This document shows positions 28,035-41,389 of a stretch of DNA of 64,000 bases, piece by piece; within the stretch, counting starts at the first letter, position 1, and the number at the start of each line of letters is the position of its first letter. The translations under genes and the position numbers were made by a program. Source of the stretch: Auanema rhodensis (lineage: Eukaryota > Animalia > Nematoda); the NCBI GenBank assembly GCA_964057225.1, contig OZ059897.1:16058001-16122000 (forward strand). Reading direction: 5' to 3'. The notes beneath the pieces were generated by a model. That model saw only the letters and a program-made list of their open reading frames with translations. It searched no databases and was not told the origin of the DNA.

Positions 28035-30100
28035 GTTGTTATTTTTTTATGTAAATTAAACAAACAAAAAAGTTGTTATAATCACCGTAGAATCATAAGA
28101 GCATGGTTTGATTTTTTGCTAAAGTTTGTTTTCATTATCAATGCATGTGATTAATTTAGAATGGCCACTGAAATTGATGAATCTACTCGCATGTGATTCA
28201 CACAGACTTGAATTTGCGCTACTAGTATAGTTTAAAGGATGAATTATGTTATATGATATATGATATATATTCATTATATAATATCTTTTATTATCAAGAA
28301 TCATATCATAATAATAGTAATCTAATAGATATTAACGGGTGAAATGTGTTGTATCTTAGTTCATATATACTATTAAAGTTTTTTTTTTTCATAAGATTAT
28401 TGAACATATATATGTATATATAATATAATATATTATTTTAGAGAATTATGACCAATGTCAACCATTTCATATTGATCAAAGAAGAATTTTCTTTTTCTGT
28501 ACTTTTATACATATGTACATGTATTTCATTTTTTTTTTCAAAACAAATTGTTCTATTTTGTAACAAGTCATAAACAATAAATAAAGTTAAAAATGCCGTA
28601 TATGAAGTCTGAATTTGTAGAAAAAAAAACAATCAGTTTATTGGGAAAAAAAGAAAATAGATTATAAATGCATTTTTAAGCAGTTTTACCTATGATAAAT
28701 GCCATGAAAAAATTCCTAATGGAAGGGCGTCAAGTTGGAGATCTGTCACTGAACTTTTCATTTTCAAGCAGACAAAAATTCAAATACATTTAAGAAAAGC
28801 ATATTATGGTAGAAAATAATAATATTTTTTCTTTTTTTATTTATATAATTATAATTTAAGTTTTTTTAAAGTTGTAATATTCAAGTATATCTATGTATAT
28901 AGAGAAGATGTAACTTCATAACTATGAAAATGAATAAACAAAAAACATTTTTCTTGGTCTCATGCTTTATGAGCTTTGTTATACTTTCAGATAGTATATA
29001 AGTAACACAATTGAATGCTGTTTTCACATTTCGAAAATCAGCAACTAAAATCTCAAATTTCATTAGTTTAAAAGCTTCTTAAACATATTTTTTCTTATTT
29101 TTTTTTTTCTTTAACAAACATTTTTGTTTCTTTTATTTGTTTAAATACTACTTGTATATTTTTAAACTAATTATAAATATAATTTGTTTGTAATATTTAC
29201 TATATTTGATTGAAATTAATAAAAAATTCACACAAAAAAAGCAAAAAAACCATCGACGAGACATTCAAAATCATGTCTTGTTTGTGCTCTCTGTCGTCCA
29301 CTTGCAAACCTCCATTTTTATAAATATATAGGTCTGTTTGTTTTCATCATATTCTATGCCCAGCAGTTGTGCCCAGATTCAGTTTACCTCCAGAAATTCC
29401 AAATTTGTCTGGCTCCTGGTTCATATCGACCAATTGCTTTTATACTACAAACCATTCTTCAATCTAATGCTTTAACCTCCATATCCTGATCTACCGACTT
29501 ATCTTTTTCATTTTTCGTAATTGATTTAGTTATTCTTAATATCACAAATTGGATGATTGCCAAAAGTTAGTTTACATTTAAAATATACATGAACATCATC
29601 TCTTGGTCTATTTTATTTCTTCAAATGATTCTTTTATGAGCCAACGAAAAAGTTATTCCTGATTACTTTAAAACATTTTTTCCATTTCATTATTAGGGTT
29701 TTAAACGTTTTTATTGATTTCATCAAGCATTTTTTTCTAATTCCTATTCAATATGTTATTTTTTTTCTCCATTTTCATATTTTTATAACTTTTTGAGATT
29801 TCTGACCCATGTTTCTAAGATACTTGGAACTCAAACTTTGTTTTTATTCATAATTCTATTGATAATTTCCTAGATTTGCAAGAAATATGTTACTTTTTGC
29901 CTATTACTCTCTCATTTTCTATATTTAAAAGTTTTGTTTACACAGCTGTACAATATGTATTCTATATATAAAATTTGTTCCTATTTTGAACCTTATTTTT
30001 ATGGTTATAAAATTATTTCAAACTTATTTGAATCATTTGTGGATACTTTTTCATTCTCGGCAATTTTTTTTCTGTGAAATGTTCCAATCTTTCACCTTAG

Positions 30101-30165
30101 TTTTCTCTCTCTCACTCTTTCACTCCCCCTCTCTTTTCTCTCTCACTCTTTCACTCCCCCTCTCT
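30101..30165. repeat. Two tandem copies of a ~31-bp pyrimidine-rich unit
   Basis: CTCTCTCACTCTTTCACTCCCCCTCTC occurs twice in tandem. Confidence 0.8.
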
Positions 30166-30992
30166 TTTTCTCTTTTTGTAGTTTGAATTCTCTTCTATGC
30201 CCATCATCTTTTGTCTATCTTTTCCTAATACTATACAGAGGACACATTTTAAATTCATTCATTTTCATTTCTGTTTCTGACCTTTTTCTGCAATTCATCT
30301 AATAAAATAAAGTTAGGAAGGTAGGTAGGCGCTAACTCTTGAACTCTCATTTAATCTTTTTCCTCATCTTCACTAAGCATTCTAAATTGGAAGCTAGTTG
30401 GTCTTCTATTTTTGAATTATATTTCCGAGTTTTTTTTTCTAATAAAATGCAAAAATAAAAACAAATCTTTACAAGAAATAATTATTTTCTATTAATTATT
30501 TTTCTTCTATTAATATTTTTAAAATTAATGTTTTAAAAAATTCATTGTAATAGAGCTTAGAATATATTTGGATTTCTCTATGCAATAGAAAACAAAGTTT
30601 TTTCCTTGGATGACACCATTCTAATATCTTTCGCTGAAACCGCAGAATTTATGTTTTTTTTTTGTATTGAAATCCATTCATGAATCTAACTTCCAATTTT
30701 TTGAATTTGTTTTCTAGGAAGTAGAGAAAAACCATACCGACAAAAAGAATAATATACCAGCTATTGTGACAGAGAATTTTCATACATATCTACCACACAC
30801 TCGAAACTCAGCTGTGTTATTAGCTATAACATTTGAAGAAGAAAATTGAAAATTTAAAGCTTTTCGTGCATTTTCCGTTCTCTTTACACCCAAAATGTCC
30901 TCATCATTCAAACCTTTTTACATCATTGCTCTCAAAAGTAAAATGAACTGAGTGGAAACAGCGCGTGCAAGAGAGAGTTAGAAGTATCGAGT

Positions 30993-31041
30993 TGAAAATC
31001 GTAGAGAAGTAGTGAAAAATGAAAATCGTAGAGAAGTAGTG
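30993..31041. repeat. 22-bp direct repeat
   Basis: TGAAAATCGTAGAGAAGTAGTG at 30993-31014 and 31020-31041. Confidence 0.85.
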
Positions 31042-32473
31042 GGAATAAAATCATCCAATCAAGACTATTTTAGTACATTTTTGAGTTATAGAGTTATACT
31101 AAAAGAAATTGAAGGTGTGAGAGATGACAAAGAAATAGAAAAAAAAAAGTTAAAACATTCTAATAAAAGACCATTGTTTGATTCAGATGAAAAATTGGAA
31201 ACTATTGAAGAGACTTCGTTTAAGAGTAAAAGTAAGTGAAAGAAAGAGAGGCTTTTGAACTTAAATCTTTCAACAAGTTGTAAAAATTATAGTTACTGAA
31301 TTGATTTTATTTTTGCTTTACGCTTTATTTTTCATTTGTATAATATGTTAAATAAAGCTTTTTGGGTGCTTGCTTGGGACTTGCTGTACCTGCTTTAACA
31401 TTGCTTATCGTCATGTTTCTCTTATTGTCCGATTCTTTTAACAACTGCTTACTTCGCAACATTATCTTCTCTTCCTAAAGAAAAAAAACCTTTTTCTCAT
31501 TCTTTCAAGCCTTCTTTCGGCTTTCTTTCCTAAGTGTGTTATGTTAAAACAGTTTATCGCCAAACACAATCTCCCTAGAAGGAAATTTGTTTTCTTTTCA
31601 CTATTTTCCGTAACTTGCTAACAAAGGATGATCAGTTATTTTATTCCTTATTGACTAAAACTTAACCAACTAAACTCTAATAATTGAATGTTATGATTGT
31701 TACTTCGTTTTTCCTTTTCTTTTTTTCATTTATATTTTTTTTTATTTTCACAAAATATTTTATAATTAACTAACAATATATATTATTTTATTTTATTTTT
31801 TAGTTAAAAATAGTTTTTATTAATATAAATTATAAAATCTTCTTAATTATTGGTTTTACCTAAATATTTTTATCAATAATTTTATATTTCTTTCATATTT
31901 ATTCAACAACAAAATATTACAAAAAATAAAAACATAAAACATTTTTTTTAAATCATCGAAGCTTAAAAGGTGAACTTCTTTAATCTCTGCCACAATATTT
32001 CCATTTTTTTTCTTTTTATTTCTTTTTCCTCTTAGATTATATGAAAAAAAATGTTTTCAATCATTTTTTTCAATTTATGTTTCTTATTTGCTTTACTTAC
32101 ATTTTCATATGCCGCACATCTTGTATCTTCAAAACTAAGCTACGAACGGTTACATCTCACTTTCGGCTTTTCCTTTATTTCTATCCAACATTTTCTTACT
32201 TCCTCCATTCCTTTCTTCGGTCTTTACTCTCCTTCCTTCAAACTCTTATTTCTAGTCTTTCTTCATTTGTATCTTTCTTACTCTTTGTTCAAAATTTATG
32301 AATTTCTTATATACCATCGTCATTCTGTCTGTCTTATTCTTTTTCCGTTTATTTTGTCTCTCTTCTCATCGTTTCTTCCTATCTTTCTATTTTTGTTCTC
32401 TACTATATACATACCTTAAATTATTTGTAAATATTCCTTTCATTTTCAGATGTCATCATAGCAACTTCAAAAC

Positions 32474-34001
32474 ATGCTCGTTGCTCTCATCCTCTGCACT
32501 TTTGGTCCTTTATCTTATGCTGTAAGTTATATTTAATAAAGTTATGTATTTAATTTTATTTGTAAATGTGTTATTTTTTCAGAGACTATTGCGTATAAAC
32601 GAATGGCATTACTTTAAACTAAATCCCGGCCAAAGAGCTTATATGGATCTCAGTATATTTCAAACTTGCGATCGGTATTGCTATCAGATTGAAAAAACTT
32701 TATTTTTTTTTATTTGTTTCAGTCTTAATCTAGTTATATCATCACCGAGACATGATACATCCCTCTTTAGCTTTCTATTTGATGGAGATTTTCTAGAAAA
32801 GATTGATGTTGCCTCCGTTTCACGCGTTAATATAACAAAGCCACCCTTAGCAATTGGAGGTTGTCGGGAATATAACCGTAGGCCAATCATTATAAATGTA
32901 ACACATTTTACAATATAAATTATTTATCTTAAATGTTCTTTTAGATTACATCCTCATATAGTTTTTACGAACTTCGAATTGATAATCAGATATATAGACG
33001 ACCGAAAGAGCGCTATTCAGAAACCTTAGGAGTAAGCTATTATTCCTTTTACCTTCACTTAAAAGATTATTTTATTAAATTAATTATAAAAATTATAATT
33101 TTTTAATATTAATTTCTTTTAATAATCTAATAAAAACGTAAATTCAGATCATAATCCCACAGGACATTCCTTGTTGCTTGATACGATCTATACTTCTTAC
33201 GGATAATGACGGTAAAATCTTTTTTGTTTGTTTTCTTTTTTTTTACTTTAATATTAACTATTGTGTTTCTCTTTTAAATATCTTTTATTGTTTTTCCTTA
33301 AAAACTAAATGTTATTCTTTTTCAGTTTTCACAACAACTCCTGCTAGTTCACGAATAACAGGTAACATATCCTTGTACTTCAGTTTTAAGCATCAATATA
33401 CATAAGTACATGTATAAGCATAAGTAACATATCGAAAATTTGTATTTTTGGTTCAATAAATTTGGCAAATTCAGATAATTTAGCTTTCTAACTAACTATA
33501 CTAAGGTCATTTTCCAGTCTATTTTCGCTCTAATATTTTCCATTAAAGTAGATCAAAACTAACAATATTTTATAAATACTTGAATTTAAATATACTTTTA
33601 TATAATTTGAATAAGAAATAATAAAGTATGAACTTCAGAAAAGCAAGGGACTAATGCTGTTGGCTTGCCCATTGAAACAACATCTAAAGCCTCAGTAACC
33701 CAGCCAACAATTCATCCATTGATTACGGTTGCGGGTAATAATGTTGGAAGTAGTCCAACGAGAGCAAGTCAGCTCATATCTTGGTATGTCATCAACCGAA
33801 ATAAATCTTTTAACTCAATTAATTCAACTTTTCAGGACGGAATTAGTAAATCGCGAATGGTCTGTCTCATTTTTAGTTTGTGCTTATCTTACAGCTGGAA
33901 TGATGTCTGTATTAATACTTTTTGGATTTTTAATGTTTATTTATTTGCAAACAAAACCTAAAAATGCTGCTCGTTTATTTTCTGTTGAAGAATTTAATTA
34001 A
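32474..34001 (+). CDS. Type I single-pass membrane protein of unknown family (signal peptide, ~140-aa ectodomain, S/T/P-rich stalk, TM helix, short tail); 8 exons
   Basis: Phase-consistent GT-AG splicing gives MLVALILCTFGPLSYA-RLLRINEWHYFKLNPG...IIIN-ITSSYSFYELRIDNQIY...-IIIPQDIPCCLIRS...-TTTPASS...-WSVSFLVCAYLTAGMMSVLILFGFLMFIYLQTKPKNAARLFSVEEFN*. Confidence 0.82.
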
Positions 34002-34867
34002 TTTTCACAAAAAACAATTATAACTTTTCTTACTCTTATTCTTTTATACGGGTTACATATCAATTCATATGGTCTTTAAACAACTATGTATATAAATATT
34101 TTCAATAATTTCTCCAAATCTTACGTGTATTTCTGAAATTTATTATGTATATGCTAAGTCCAATGCTTTAAACTGTTAAATAATGCTGATGAGTATGGAA
34201 TACGTCTCAAAGACTTATTTGAATTGTTGACGTATTTACAAATAATGTCTCTTTTAACTTCAAAACTTAGTCTTTCAGTCTTGGAACCTATTCAACCTTA
34301 TGTTTTCTAGTTATGAATATTCCTTTTCTACTTTTTTTCCGGTTCGAGTATTTTGCTGCCTTTAAATTCTTAATATATATTTTCTAAGCGAATTTTGTGT
34401 AAGCTGAGTATAATGTTATTGCAATAAATCTGATACTTTGATTAAAACATGTTTGCAGTTTAAATAAATAGTTTTAAAATAATAAAGAAAAAAATTTGAA
34501 TTGGCACAAGTCATACGACTTTCCTTTTGTCATATTTATTCAGGATTGCTTATGCCAGTTAGTTCAAACTTACCATATGATTTGTATTTGGGATTAAACA
34601 TCATATTAGACATAGTCTGTTCAAATGTCGGGGGTGGATAAACTACATCATAGCTATTTATCAAATATAACTGAATCATTATTTCAGCACCTATTCATTG
34701 CTTTAAAAGCATACTTTACTAATATTATTTATTATATAAACTATTTTTATAGTAAAGAAATGTTATTATTATTCTTCTTATCTATAAAATTTGGTTTAAC
34801 ATTTTTGGTTTTATTATTAAAATTTATTTTTGTTTTATATTCTTAACTAAAAAAAGTAAATGTTCAG

Positions 34868-35186
34868 ATGCAGCTCATTAGCTTTTTCATTGTTTTTCTC
34901 TCACTTATAGCACTAACTATGGCTGGATTAGGTACTTAATAATTTTTGTCAAAAATAAAATTTATGTTCAGACGAAACGATTGCAAATCAACACAATTTT
35001 ATCGACGACTATTTGACACCAAAGGTAATTTTTTGATTCATTTTTTTAATTCTATGTTTCCTCGCATAAACATATAATATTTTCAAAACTTTTGTTCAGA
35101 TTCGTGTCAAGCGTGGAATCCTGCCAGAAGTAAATGATATCAGAAAGAAAAGAAATCTTCCACAAACATTTGACATCCGCAAATAA
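34868..35186 (+). CDS. Small secreted neuropeptide-like precursor (~67 aa, 3 exons)
   Basis: TTCAG directly precedes the ATG. Product MQLISFFIVFLSLIALTMAG-LDETIANQHNFIDDYLTPKI-RVKR-GILPEVNDI-RKKR-NLPQTFDI-RK*, a signal peptide plus basic cleavage sites. Confidence 0.8.
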
Positions 35187-35679
35187 AAAACTGTATATGT
35201 TGTGTGCATATTGATGAACGTATTAAGAATCATATCATGATCGCTATTAAAATCTCCAATTTATTTTCCTATGAAATATAAAACTTTACACACAAATTAT
35301 GAACAACCCATTACTTTTTATAAATTAATAACTTTCTTGCCAATTGTGAAAATAGGGCAAATTGAGCAGAACTATACATCTAAGAAAATGAAATTTATAA
35401 AATTCCCTACAGTTACAGAAACGTGGAACCGATTATTGCGGAGTTCTTAGAATTAAAATCACATTATTACAAAAATTATATTAGAAGTGGTCTATAATCA
35501 AAAATGTACAAGTCTTATTATGAAAAACACGATTAGTCTTGAACTTATCACAATTATCAACCAGCTCGAAGATGGTTACATGGCAAGGGCTGGATAGGAA
35601 ATAAAGTATTGAAAGAAAAAAGAAATAGTGAAACAATATGAGCATTGGAACCGATATATAAAGTCGTACTTTTTTCATT

Positions 35680-38600
35680 TTACATGATTACACATCCTTC
35701 ACCTTCATCTACATTAGATATTGCATGATCCTTTCCTCTATCTACACTTCGACTACGTTCTCGAGGGCGGAAGCTTTCTTGCAGATGTTTTCCTCTTCCA
35801 ACTCGTGGTTCACCGTTAATCAACGACGTTCCATCTACAAATAGAACTCATAGGAATGTATCTAATACACAGTGAAGAAATATGTACGCATTTCACTGGG
35901 ACTAAGTTTGCAGAAGTAGTTGCATTTCAGACAAAAATTAACGTTATCCATTAACTTTTCGAACTTTCCGACAAAACAAAAGAAAAAAACTAACTTGGCT
36001 TTAATCCATTTGCAACAACGCTTGACTTCACAAGTGGACGTCGCGGTGGAAGATTCAAGCAGCCAGCTTGATCAGCAACAATATCCAAATGAGCGGTGAA
36101 TAGTTGGAGGACTGATACATAGCCAAGACTAAAAAAAAAACATAATTCACAACAAAAATTCAAAAACAAAATTTAATATACCAATTTCTGGTAGCCCATT
36201 CCATCAAGCTCAGTGCTCCAAGACGAGTCTGTCCAAAAGCCTCGATACCCCATTTGTTAATAGTCGCTGCTGACACCTCGTTCCTCAAACGTGTTATATC
36301 TCGACATATAACACAAAGCTAAATCATCAGTAAATGAGTAAAAGTCTAATATATATCGGATTACCAGGAAAACCCAATCGATAGCTGAAGCATCGGAAAA
36401 TAACTGTATCAAGTAATTCATTTGCAATTGACTTTCACTAGGACCGCGACTGTTAGAATCTCCTAGCAGTACTTCAATTCCTGAAAGAAATTAAATTATT
36501 GTTATATTCAAATACAAATCAACCTTGATAATCGCCAGCACAACTACGCCCATCAAGGGTGTCCACAGTCTGGGCAAGACTGCCATCGGGAGAAGAAGGC
36601 CGTCCATTTCCATTAATTTCCGATTTTCCTGTAAAATTCAGTACGATTAACAAATAGCAGAAAAAAACGCCGACCCTGTTCTACAGGAACGAGATTTGCA
36701 ATTTCAACGGAAACGGATTCTGTAGTATCCGTTTCTGCCATGGTTAACGGTATGGGTAACGGTCCATCGTCGTTAGATATTTTAATAATCTTCTTTTCCT
36801 CGCTTTGAGCTATAAAGGTAAAAAAACGTAATATTAATTGTAACTATTTTATTTATATATACCTGTTAAGCAAGCAGAACTTCGGCTTATCTTCATCGAA
36901 CCGAAACGTTTTTCCAGATGATCAACAAAATGTTTCCCTGGTACTGGATATGACCAAGAAAATTGAGAATGAATCCGAGTAAGAGCAACCGGAAAATCAA
37001 GAATCGGTCTTTGAGCCATTAACTTCTTAATATCGAGGTTCAAGTGAGCACAAAGATAACCTATAATTTTTAAATGAACAGAAAATAAATTAAATCATAA
37101 TTACCAAAATCTCTTATGCAATATTCGTCTAGAAGATGGCGAGCATGCTCATCAAGAATTTGATCCATTTTTTCGGCCATAGGGTTGCTCATTGAAATAG
37201 GGGAAGGAGGTGATGTTTCATTAGATAATGCCTAACATGAGCAAATATGTTTAATTAAATTTGATAACATAATAATCTAATACCCGGCCGACTTTTTTTC
37301 CTGATCCACTCGAATCTTTCCTACTGCTTTCTTTATGCTCTTGAGAATGACGAACTTTGTTCACCCGAGCTACTAAAAAGTAAAATACTGCTTAATACAA
37401 AAAAATCATATTTAATTACCAGCTTGAAACCTAGAAAAGACTAAATCACTTGTTTCGCCGCCATTCAAAGATATCGATGCAGTAGGTCTCCTAGAACAAG
37501 GCTTTTGTGGAGGAGGTGTTCTACAAATAATTTTAAGTATGCAAGTTAGAACATTTATGATACCTTGAAAAATTATCCATATCTTCCGCATCAATTGATC
37601 GAGCAAATCTTACCATATCAGTCGCTGTTGTCCATTCGCCAGCTGATAATGCCTCTCTTAATAATCGAGCAGCTTGCTTCAACCACGGATATTACAAAGA
37701 TTAATAAGTTAAAAGCAACCTCAAGACTTATTTGAGCACTTTCCAAGTTTTGTAGTACAATTAAGTAACTGGCGGCAGTTTCAAGTTGACCATCTCTTAA
37801 ACAAACCTAGAAAGATATTTTGCATCAAGAAGCACAAAGTATATCCTTTTACTTCGAACAAATCATTAGGAGATCCTGTAACTTCAAACAGAGATGACCA
37901 TAAAGCTAATTCAGTTTTTCTTGCACAATGAGCAACTGTTTTTAGAAATTCAGGAAACTCTTGAATAAACGCGACACAGCGAGGCAATAAAGGATCTGAA
38001 ACACAGGAAATTATGTATTAGGATATGATACTTTTAAAAATTACCCGGAATAGGTTCGCTACTGGTTGCTTCTTCTTCCAGCACACTATGAAGTAAGAGC
38101 TCAAGGGAATGAGAAAAATGAGGAAGCGATCGACAAGCTCCAGCAACTTCTAATGCAAATACGCCCAAATTTCTTTTTAAAAGTTGGCGTAGAAGATGAT
38201 GTACAAAAACCTTAAGCAACAAATAGGATTATTACAAAATATGGTAGAGTAACTTCGCTATTCCTTCCTAAACTGTATGTTCGAATATTCCTATCATGTC
38301 CCAAATTCATTTGTAGTAATACAGATTCTACTCCTACAGCTAAGCAATCGTTAGCATAAATCACTAGAAATGTTGTTCAAAAAATACAGTTCTTATAGAT
38401 AGATAGTACCTGCGGGGCAAATATCTAGCTCAATTGGCAGCATAATTCTTCGGGATATGAATGAAGTATCTTGTACCATTTGATTACGTTTACTGGGAAA
38501 TAATGGTAGCCAGACCTTAAAAAATACATATGATGAAGTCGTAAACCAATTTAAACACATACCTTCATTCCCTTTGTACCACAATTAATCCAAAGAGCAT

Positions 38601-41389
38601 TTCCAAGATGATCTTGTTCATCTTCTGCATAATACTTGCGAGCCCTATCATGCCAAACTTGTTCAACAAATGATGCTATAATGATGGGCTGGCTGAGCTG
38701 AAATAAATTGATATTATACGAATTGGCATTGTGCCCTACTTGGAAATATTCATCATCTTCTTTTGAAGCATTTTTAGGATTGAGTGTGATTAAGCGTCCA
38801 GAAACATTCACAAGTACTGTATCAACACCGGGGCAGAAAGTACCGCCTGTTTCCAAATTCAGCTGTGTAAGTTGTAATGACACAAGACAAGCCGGATGAG
38901 CAATTAAATCTCCAACCCGTATTTCAGCTAATTTTTCTAGTGAGACCTAAAAGAAAAGCAACGTTTAACAAACTATTAATAAAGTATTCAAACCTTCGCT
39001 ACTTCGTCAGATTTCCCTTCGTCATTCCGTCTCATTTGAAATAGCAAAACTCTTCCTTCAACATCAAATGATACCAGTGTACTCTCTCTGAACGAATATT
39101 TAAAAAAAAGAAGTTAGAGATCTTAATCACCTAACACTCAACATCAAAATGCGAGATTCCGTTTCAGTTGATGAAGCAAATCTATTGTCAAGTTTTGTTG
39201 ATAAGGGATAAAACTTAAGCAACTCTTTTGAAGAGTTTGTGTCAAAGCAAGCAGCCGCTACAGTACCGTTCCAAACAAAAACACCGCCAGTTACAATCAT
39301 ATCTCTCTCCTATACAATTTTATTAATGATAAAGTATATTAGGGGCAATTCACTTGGCTTTCATTTCCGAAGATTTTCCATTTACTTAGCGTTATATTAC
39401 AATAAGCTAATCCTCGAGTTCCAGCAACTACGAGTACATTTGGATTTTTGTTATCGAAAGTAGCAAACTGAAAGTAACACATGAAATTTATTAACAGTCA
39501 AAAAAATTACTCGAAGTGGCCAATTAGCCGAGATGTATTCATGTGGAACGCAATAGGAAGACCAAACTGATTGTGGTGCAGTAGCTGAATCTTCTCTCTC
39601 GCGTGGAGGACTGATCAGCACTTTCGAACCTGTCATCATCACAACTCTATCACTATGCTCCTAAAACTCCAGCATTAAAAATCTTGAAAACTTTCAAAGT
39701 CTACCATAGCGGGATTCCCAAGGGTTGCTGATCTAGCAAGAGAGATAGTTGCCAATCCATTAGATTTTCCCAACCAAAGACAGAACCCTTCAGGTCCCCA
39801 ATCAAGTGTAGTATAATGAGAACTAGAGCAACTATTCCTATAACATTTTTTTTAAATATAGCACTTACGAGTTAAGACTCACCATTCAATTATAGACTCT
39901 AAAGAGCACCATGTTTGAGACCCATATGGAGTAAAAATAGCTACAGTGGGTGGTAAAGCTTTCTCAAGTGAACTTCCAACATTTTCATCTTCACTTTTAA
40001 CATCGGAAGAAGTATTCCAAACTGCAGCTATGGCACAACCAGAAGATAATATTTGGATTCTTGCCACAGCTCCTATTCGATTAGAAATTTCTAAAATACC
40101 AGAGAAAGGTAAATCTACAAATCAGAGTATTCACCTGGGCCGTTCGTTACATGTAGCGAAACCCTAAATGTTTGTACTAAAGACCCATTAGAGTCATCAA
40201 GATGATAAGCAGCTATGTCACCACTATAATTTTTTAAATAGTAAAAGTTAACAAGAAATAAAAAACTACTTAGCACATCCGAAAACCAATGATCGAAACT
40301 TGTGATTGACATCAGTGCAAACGGCGTCCTTCAAATGCAAAGCCCAAACGCCAAGAATACTCTATAATAAATCAAACCAACTTTTAAACAAAAACAATAA
40401 AAAACAAACATTGGGATGGAACCTTGAGTCCGAAGATGTTAATAAAGCTCCACGACCATCCGACAAAACAATGCAATAACCACCAACTAAAGGAGCATAA
40501 ACAGCATCAACAGCATGTACGTGAGGATCATTAATATAGTCGGCTAAATTTAAACAAATATAAATAATTGAAAACAAGTACTTACGCTTTGACTGAAGCT
40601 GATCATGAGCAAATGGCACAGAAGCTAAACGTATAGAGTAATCTGTATGAACTGACCCATCCCATCCAATATGATGGCAGAAACCGTTACGTATACACAC
40701 CAATAATTCTTCTCGTAAAGGAACACAACTTAAATTATTAAAATAAAACATAAAATAGTGAAAACAAAGAAAAGCTAACCAAGTCGCTGTAGCTGCCAAA
40801 TTTATAACAACTGATGGGTATAATGATATGATAGGAATTTCAGATCGAAGAAAGAGGTCCTTAAACAGAATCAACACTTAACTGATAAGAAAAAAATGCT
40901 TACCTTTGAAGTTCGATGTGAATAGGATGAAGAACTAGATAAATTGTAACAACTTTCTGATGAAACATCTACTTGATAAATTAAAATATGATTTCGAGAT
41001 GTCTGAAAAAGAAAACAATATTAGATTGCTAATTTCTACGTACCGTAACAGCAATTGCTGTAGAATTATAACGCCAATAAACTTTTTGAAGTGTTCCTCT
41101 TTCTAAGACATCAGCTTCAGATAAACGAAGAATACATAGGAGAAGATGAGGCTATAAAACTTGAATATTAAAGTTATCGCTGCAGTAAACTAACATGAGA
41201 CAGCCATATGTAGACTGAATCTTCGGTAGCTACGGCTACAAAATTTTTTTCTCTATTTGAGGCAAGGGAAACAACAGGACGAGCTTCAGGAAAACCATCC
41301 GGAACGGGCAGGCTTAATGTTACTTCTTGATCAACCTTAAAACTACATAATTAAATAATTTTAATATACAGGTGTACCGGCAGAAACAT
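35680..41389 (-). CDS. RIC1: RIC1 homologue (Ric1-Rgp1 Rab6 GEF subunit), many short introns
   Basis: Starts MFLP-VDQ. Contains [103 protein letters not shown] and [13 protein letters not shown]; ends EGCVIM*. Confidence 0.95.

Noticed and set aside
29386-29445. Possible isolated minus-strand exon (IKAIGRYEPGARQIWNFWR) between AG and GT
   Set aside because: No partner exons or start found, and the TATAAAA there could equally be promoter sequence.
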